Assembly (NCBI GenBank): GCA_030141605.1
Contig: JAQGDQ010000222.1
Location: forward strand, 248,001-312,000
From: Tubiluchus corallicola
Lineage: Eukaryota; Animalia; Priapulida
DNA: 64,000 nucleotides
Reading direction: 5' to 3'
Shown piece by piece: positions 63,501 through 64,000 of this stretch. The notes under the pieces are model-generated. The model was not told the DNA's origin, made no database searches, and worked only from the letters and a program-made list of their open reading frames with translations. Position 1 is the first letter of the stretch. Each line of letters opens with the position of its first letter. Made by a program: the position numbers and the translations under genes.

Positions 63501-64000
63501 TCAGAATTTGTCCACTCAATGATATTATAAGTTTAAAACTCTCTTCTCCCGCCATCGTCTACAGTTTAGCCATTTCACTGGATTATACAATTTTAGTTCA
63601 AGTCACAAATATCTGTGAAGGGATGATAATTGTTGGGCTGTTTTGTGGTTATTGCTGCAGCTAATATTGTTGTTATTGTTAGTGTACTTGTGGTTACTAT
63701 TGCTATTGTTGGTGCAGTTGCAACTGCTGTTGCCATTATCCTGATCACTGTCGCTGTCGCTGCTGCTGTTGTTTGAGTATTAATCACACTGTTGAAGTAC
63801 GATGTATGTGATAAGTAAATATATAACAGATAGCCGAATCGTAATTATTACCCCTGAAAATCTTTTAGCTTAACTCTGTCTCCCAACATGTGCAAAAACT
63901 CCTCCATTGCTGAACTATGATTAATGTTTCCAAAAAGTTCTTCTTCGGTTAACTGGCCCGCCCTCTGGTAGACGATACCAAACTTGAAGGTGTTGGTGAT
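57537..64000 (-). CDS. RAP1GAP: Rap1 GTPase-activating protein; 5' part lies outside the window
   Basis: Exons (minus strand) >64000-63852, 62990-62861, 61960-61805, 61157-60999, 60702-60448, 60041-59838, 58716-58579, 57689-57537. [36 protein letters not shown] (Asn thumb), [29 protein letters not shown]-terminal coiled coil. Confidence 0.93.
58315..58444. repeat. Interspersed repeat, second copy at 61561-61688
   Basis: tgaactgaaag.tacagcacctgtttt..gtgcaatgcgtttccgaaatgcaggcactagtacc.gtct.actagagaatggc..actagtggcgcg occurs in two Rap1GAP introns in the same orientation. Confidence 0.85.
59245..59605. mobile_element. Palindromic MITE-like element
   Basis: atgcatgtataagtacaaaatta (~59342-59364) is the reverse complement of taattttgtacttatacatgcat (~59459-59481); outer arms gtagagagat / atctctctac also pair. 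Confidence 0.6.
60828..60990. repeat. (TTTG/TATG)n tetranucleotide repeat
   Basis: Intronic degenerate array next to a Rap1GAP donor site. Confidence 0.9.
63628..63775. repeat. Degenerate (TGT/TGC/TAT)n trinucleotide repeat
   Basis: Low-complexity intronic tract. Confidence 0.75.

Overview
AT-rich, intron-rich animal (invertebrate) genomic DNA; the organism cannot be named from the sequence alone. It holds five spliced protein-coding genes: (1) the 3' half of an Rdl/UNC-49-type Cys-loop anion-channel subunit (+, 3096-14207); (2) a complete GH27 alpha-N-acetylgalactosaminidase (NAGA-like, -, 17656-27164), head-to-head across 191 bp with (3) a complete NUBP1/Nbp35-like cytosolic Fe-S scaffold ATPase (+, 27356-39950); (4) a TPR-SET/MYND-MYND SMYD-like methyltransferase (-, 43497-53742); and (5) the 3' part of Rap1GAP (-, 57537 to the window end). 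Introns carry a full-length but frameshifted P-element/THAP transposon, a 5'-truncated CR1/L2-group LINE, TTAA-flanked Kolobok-like elements, MITEs, tRNA-derived SINE heads and microsatellites. The main discovery is in the channel gene, which has two clusters of tandem-duplicated exons that look mutually exclusive: 2 versions of the loop F/C exon and 3 versions of the exon encoding M1 plus the pore-lining M2 helix, one with 2'Cys/6'Leu. The intronic sequence also shows a candidate competing RNA-pairing (selector/docking-site) switch for each cluster, very short inter-exon introns, and a frameshifting microexon next to the docking site. All gene models are read from splice signals and homology motifs; no transcript evidence was available.
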